Source: an uncultured Methanobrevibacter sp. (GTDB taxonomy: Archaea; Methanobacteriota; Methanobacteria; Methanobacteriales; Methanobacteriaceae). Taken from it: DNA of 64,000 nt. The stretch covers positions 19,548-83,547 of the forward strand of contig NZ_CACWVY010000003.1 in NCBI RefSeq assembly GCF_902764455.1, written 5' to 3'. Positions 60,802 through 64,000 of the stretch are shown piece by piece; position 1 is the stretch's first letter, and every line of letters begins with the position of its first letter. The notes under the pieces were generated by a model that worked only from the letters and a program-made list of their open reading frames with translations, did not search any database and was not told the DNA's origin. The position numbers and the translations under genes are program-made.

Positions 60802-61206
60802 ATGAAATACGATTTGGGCATAAATATTAAAGCATTAGTATTTGGAACCGCAATAGCGGCTGCATTTATACTATTTGGATTCCAATACAATGATTGGTTA
60901 TACGCATTTTCAGCACTAGGACTATTATACGCAGGATACGGACAAGACAATATTAAAGCAGGTACCCTAATGGGTGCACTTGCATCAACAATTATTGTAA
61001 TTTTGGCATTGGAAGGATATATGGGGAAATTTGATGGATTTTTCGCAACTGAAACCGGAATCCTAATTGTTACAATAGCCATCATTTTAGTAGGTGCACT
61101 TGTAGGTTTTGTTGGTGCATGGACAAAAAGAAGTCGTGAAAAAGCAAAAATAGAATATGAAAAACAGCAAAAAATAGGTAAAAATAAAAAGAAAAACAAA
61201 AAATAA
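60802..61206 (+). CDS. Small membrane protein with basic C-terminal tail
   Basis: Four hydrophobic segments and a Lys-rich end; GGAG RBS. Confidence 0.7.
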   Translation: MKYDLGINIKALVFGTAIAAAFILFGFQYNDWLYAFSALGLLYAGYGQDNIKAGTLMGALASTIIVILALEGYMGKFDGFFATETGILIVTIAIILVGALVGFVGAWTKRSREKAKIEYEKQQKIGKNKKKNKK

Positions 61207-61214
61207 TAACAAAT

Positions 61215-62306
61215 TTATGTTATTATTTTTTCTAATTCATCTCTTTCTATTCCTCTTTTAATTTCAACAGCCACTCTTCTACCCATACTCATTGGTTTGC
61301 CGTAAGTCAGGTAGGAGTAAGGAGAACCATCCATAAATGTATTTGTTCCACCATCAGTTCTTGCACTAATTTCGAAACAAATTACTTCCAAATTATCATT
61401 TACAAGTGTTTGCATACAGAATGGACCATTTAAACCAGGAGCAACTAATTTTTTAGCACTTTCAGTTAATTTATCAGCAATATCAAATACTTGAGGAAGT
61501 AATGATTCACGAATTACTGCAGGGTGATTACCAGTTACAACATAAGATGGGCTTAAATCAATGTCCAATTGATCTTTTGCAGGCATTCTTACAAATCCGT
61601 CAATACTGGATTCGTATCTTGTGTCCATACCCATTAATTCAACAGTATCATCAAGTGCGGAGTAGAAATAGTGTATACAGTAATTACAACCTGAAACATA
61701 TTCTTCAATATGTGCTGCTTCAACATCACTGTCTTCTAACCAGCCACGTGCTTTCATGGCATCAATTTTTGCATCAAATTCTTCAGTGGATGATGCTACA
61801 AAGTAACCTCTTCCACCTCTTGCGCCTGGGAACTTAACCATTACAGGCCTGTCAATTTCGGAAGGGTCATTGTATTTGAAAGGAATTCTCACATCTCCTT
61901 CTACAAGCAATGCTCTTTCTTTGTCCCTTTCAGCTTCCCATCTAAGCACATCCCTGTTTCCAAACATCGGTACATTGAATTTATCTTCAACGTTGTCAAG
62001 TCCTGCATATGCCACAAAGGATCCGTGAGGGATTACGATTGCATTCATATCTCTAAGCTGTTGTTGAACCTCCTCATTTACAATATCCTTGAATTCATCA
62101 ACGATAATGTATTCATCGGCAACATTAAATCTTTGATATGGAATTTCTCTTCCTTTTTGACAGACAATAGCTGTTCTAAAACCTTCTTCTTTAGCACCTT
62201 GCAAAATATGTAAAGAAGTGTGGCTTCCAAGGGTTGCTATTGTTATATTTTCCTTGTCATAACCAGCCAAAATATCCAAAATATCTTCTTTTTTAACTTC
62301 TCCCAT
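61215..62306 (-). CDS. purP: 5-formaminoimidazole-4-carboxamide ribonucleotide synthetase
   Basis: IATLGSHTSL, PHGSFVAY, GGRGYF, GNHP..IRESLL, FEISARTDGGTN. Confidence 0.96.
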   Translation of the reverse strand: MGEVKKEDILDILAGYDKENITIATLGSHTSLHILQGAKEEGFRTAIVCQKGREIPYQRFNVADEYIIVDEFKDIVNEEVQQQLRDMNAIVIPHGSFVAYAGLDNVEDKFNVPMFGNRDVLRWEAERDKERALLVEGDVRIPFKYNDPSEIDRPVMVKFPGARGGRGYFVASSTEEFDAKIDAMKARGWLEDSDVEAAHIEEYVSGCNYCIHYFYSALDDTVELMGMDTRYESSIDGFVRMPAKDQLDIDLSPSYVVTGNHPAVIRESLLPQVFDIADKLTESAKKLVAPGLNGPFCMQTLVNDNLEVICFEISARTDGGTNTFMDGSPYSYLTYGKPMSMGRRVAVEIKRGIERDELEKIIT

Positions 62307-62431
62307 TATATCTTCTCCTAAAAGAATGATAATATTATATATATTTTATCGAATTTATAATATTTTTTATTTGATAACATTAAAAATAATGAAAAACAAA
62401 TAATTATTTGAATTTAATAGGATAAGATAAA

Positions 62432-62962
62432 ATGTTAATCGGTTTAATTTCAGATACCCATATACCAGATAGAGCAAAGCAACTACCCCAAAATGTGCTC
62501 GATGCATTTAGCAATGTTGATTTAATATTACACGCAGGAGATTTGACTTCTCTTGAAGTTATTGAAGAATTAGAAGAAATAGCTCCAGTGATGGCAGTTC
62601 AGGGAAATATGGATAGAGTCGGTGGAATTAAACTACCTAAAGCAAAAATAGTTGAAGCTGAAGGGCTTAAAATTGGAATAGTTCATGGAGAAGTATATCC
62701 CAGAGGAGACACCCAGCAACTGGTATACCTTGCAAAGGAACTGGGCGCAGACATTTTAGTTTCAGGCCATTCACATCAACCAAAAATAGAACAAACCGAC
62801 GGAGTGCTGTTAATCAATCCAGGAAGTCCAATTGTTCCTAGACTTGCAGACAGAACAGTAATGCTACTTGAAATCAATAATAAAGAAGTGGATGTTGAAA
62901 TTGTTAAAATTGGAGCTCCGGTTTGCAGCGCACTTGACTTTGACAAATTTAAGAGGGATTAA
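62432..62962 (+). CDS. YfcE/MJ0936-type metallophosphoesterase
   Basis: ISDTH, HAGD, GNMD, HG, GHSH, NPGS. Confidence 0.93.
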   Translation: MLIGLISDTHIPDRAKQLPQNVLDAFSNVDLILHAGDLTSLEVIEELEEIAPVMAVQGNMDRVGGIKLPKAKIVEAEGLKIGIVHGEVYPRGDTQQLVYLAKELGADILVSGHSHQPKIEQTDGVLLINPGSPIVPRLADRTVMLLEINNKEVDVEIVKIGAPVCSALDFDKFKRD

Positions 62963-62963
62963 A

Positions 62964-63593
62964 ATGGGAAGCAAATGGCAAATGGAAAAACACAATGACC
63001 CCTATTATAAAAAAGCTAAAAAGGAAGATTATCGCTCACGTGCATCATATAAACTTAAACAGCTGGATAAAAAATTCAAATTGTTAAAGGAAGGAAACAC
63101 AGTTGTTGACCTTGGAGCCGCACCAGGAGGATGGTCACAGGTTGCTCTTGAAAAGGTAGGTGAAGAGGGAATAGTAGTCGGAGTCGATTTAAACAGATTT
63201 AAGAAATTCCATGAAGAGAACTACTATGGAATTAGAGGAGATTTTACAACACCAGAAGTGCAGGAAAAGATTATGGAAATCATTGGAGGGAAAGCAGATG
63301 TGGTAATGTCTGACGCATCACCTTCATTATCCGGAATAAAAAATATCGACCAGTTAAGGTCAATTGATTTAACAAACACAGTAATCGAAATAGCAGAAAA
63401 TATACTGGAGCGCAAAGGAAACCTTGTTATGAAAGTTTTTCAGGGTCCCGAATATAAAGCCATGTTAGATTCACTTAAAGGCAAATTCAGGAAAGTTAAA
63501 ACAACAAAACCTGCATCATCCCGTAAAAAAAGTTCTGAAATGTATGTTGTAGGACTGGAATATAAAGGTAAAAAAAATAGAAAAGAAAAATAA
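62964..63593 (+). CDS. rlmE: 23S rRNA Um2552 2'-O-methyltransferase
   Basis: [35 protein letters not shown]; true start MGSKW at 62964 (the track ORF starts too early). Confidence 0.95.
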   Translation: MGSKWQMEKHNDPYYKKAKKEDYRSRASYKLKQLDKKFKLLKEGNTVVDLGAAPGGWSQVALEKVGEEGIVVGVDLNRFKKFHEENYYGIRGDFTTPEVQEKIMEIIGGKADVVMSDASPSLSGIKNIDQLRSIDLTNTVIEIAENILERKGNLVMKVFQGPEYKAMLDSLKGKFRKVKTTKPASSRKKSSEMYVVGLEYKGKKNRKEK

Positions 63594-63595
63594 TT

Positions 63596-64000
63596 TTATA
63601 ATTTATTATATGCATCAGTAGCCGCTTTGAGTTTCTCTTTAGCAAAATCGATTCTACTATCTACTTCATTAGACGGCTTATTAGCATCCAATGCACTTTG
63701 AACATTTTCAATAGCCGAGTTTGCTCTTGACAACTCTATTTTAGCATCATTATATTTTTTAACATCATCAGTACCGCCAGAATAATAAGTGGCTTTGATA
63801 CTGTCAAATTGCATTGACAGATTACTGTATGATGATTTCAACCCTGCAAGTTCATCATATTGTGTACCTGAGGATATTTCATTTGTGATACCTGATGAAA
63901 CCGCGCTATAACCCACATAAGCTACAACTATGATTGTTGCAACTACCATAATAATTCCAACGACAGAAATTAACATAGAAGTAGATTTAAATAAGCTTAA
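63596..64000 (-). CDS. Single-TM hypothetical protein; may start beyond the window edge
   Basis: Frame stays open from 63976 to 64000; N-terminal TM followed by a helical domain. Confidence 0.65.
   Translation of the reverse strand, partial: LSLFKSTSMLISVVGIIMVVATIIVVAYVGYSAVSSGITNEISSGTQYDELAGLKSSYSNLSMQFDSIKATYYSGGTDDVKKYNDAKIELSRANSAIENVQSALDANKPSNEVDSRIDFAKEKLKAATDAYNKL

Noticed and set aside
961-63415. Numerous 60-150 aa ORF-track entries antisense to or nested in long genes (e.g. 961-1419, 11788-12222, 20749-21174, 25261-25608, 60768-61199)
   Set aside because: Shadow ORFs overlapping well-supported genes, with no RBS or recognisable motifs.
1-64000. CRISPR array, tRNA or rRNA genes
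   Set aside because: No regularly spaced direct repeats and no GC-rich structured segment of suitable length were seen by eye; a covariance-model search was not possible.

Overview
AT-rich archaeal chromosomal segment, most consistent with a Methanobrevibacter-type methanogen (inferred from gene content and GGTGA/GGAG ribosome-binding sites; species not determined). Mostly housekeeping genes: nadX/nadC/nadA, lactaldehyde dehydrogenase, trkH, carAB, ycaO-tfuA, rnz, nucS, lhr, purP, rlmE. The main accessory feature is a 7.8-kb two-module NRPS with a terminal thioester reductase (C-halfC-A-T-C-A-T-R). It is co-oriented with a MATE exporter carrying an RsbW-like C-terminal domain, and divergent from a STAS/RsbW-like partner-switch pair. 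The first adenylation domain lacks the Asp that binds alpha-amino groups. Other notable items: a feoB-feoA-Cys-rich-P1B-ATPase operon behind two TTAGG-N4-CCTAA boxes; a third such box in front of a 36-aa Cys-rich ORF missing from the ORF track; three MetX-like paralogs, two with Ser->Gly at the nucleophile; an SDR gene broken by one in-frame TAA; and two degenerate IS200/IS605-end-like repeats. No tRNA, rRNA or CRISPR array was seen. All family calls come from manual motif recognition, not database searches.
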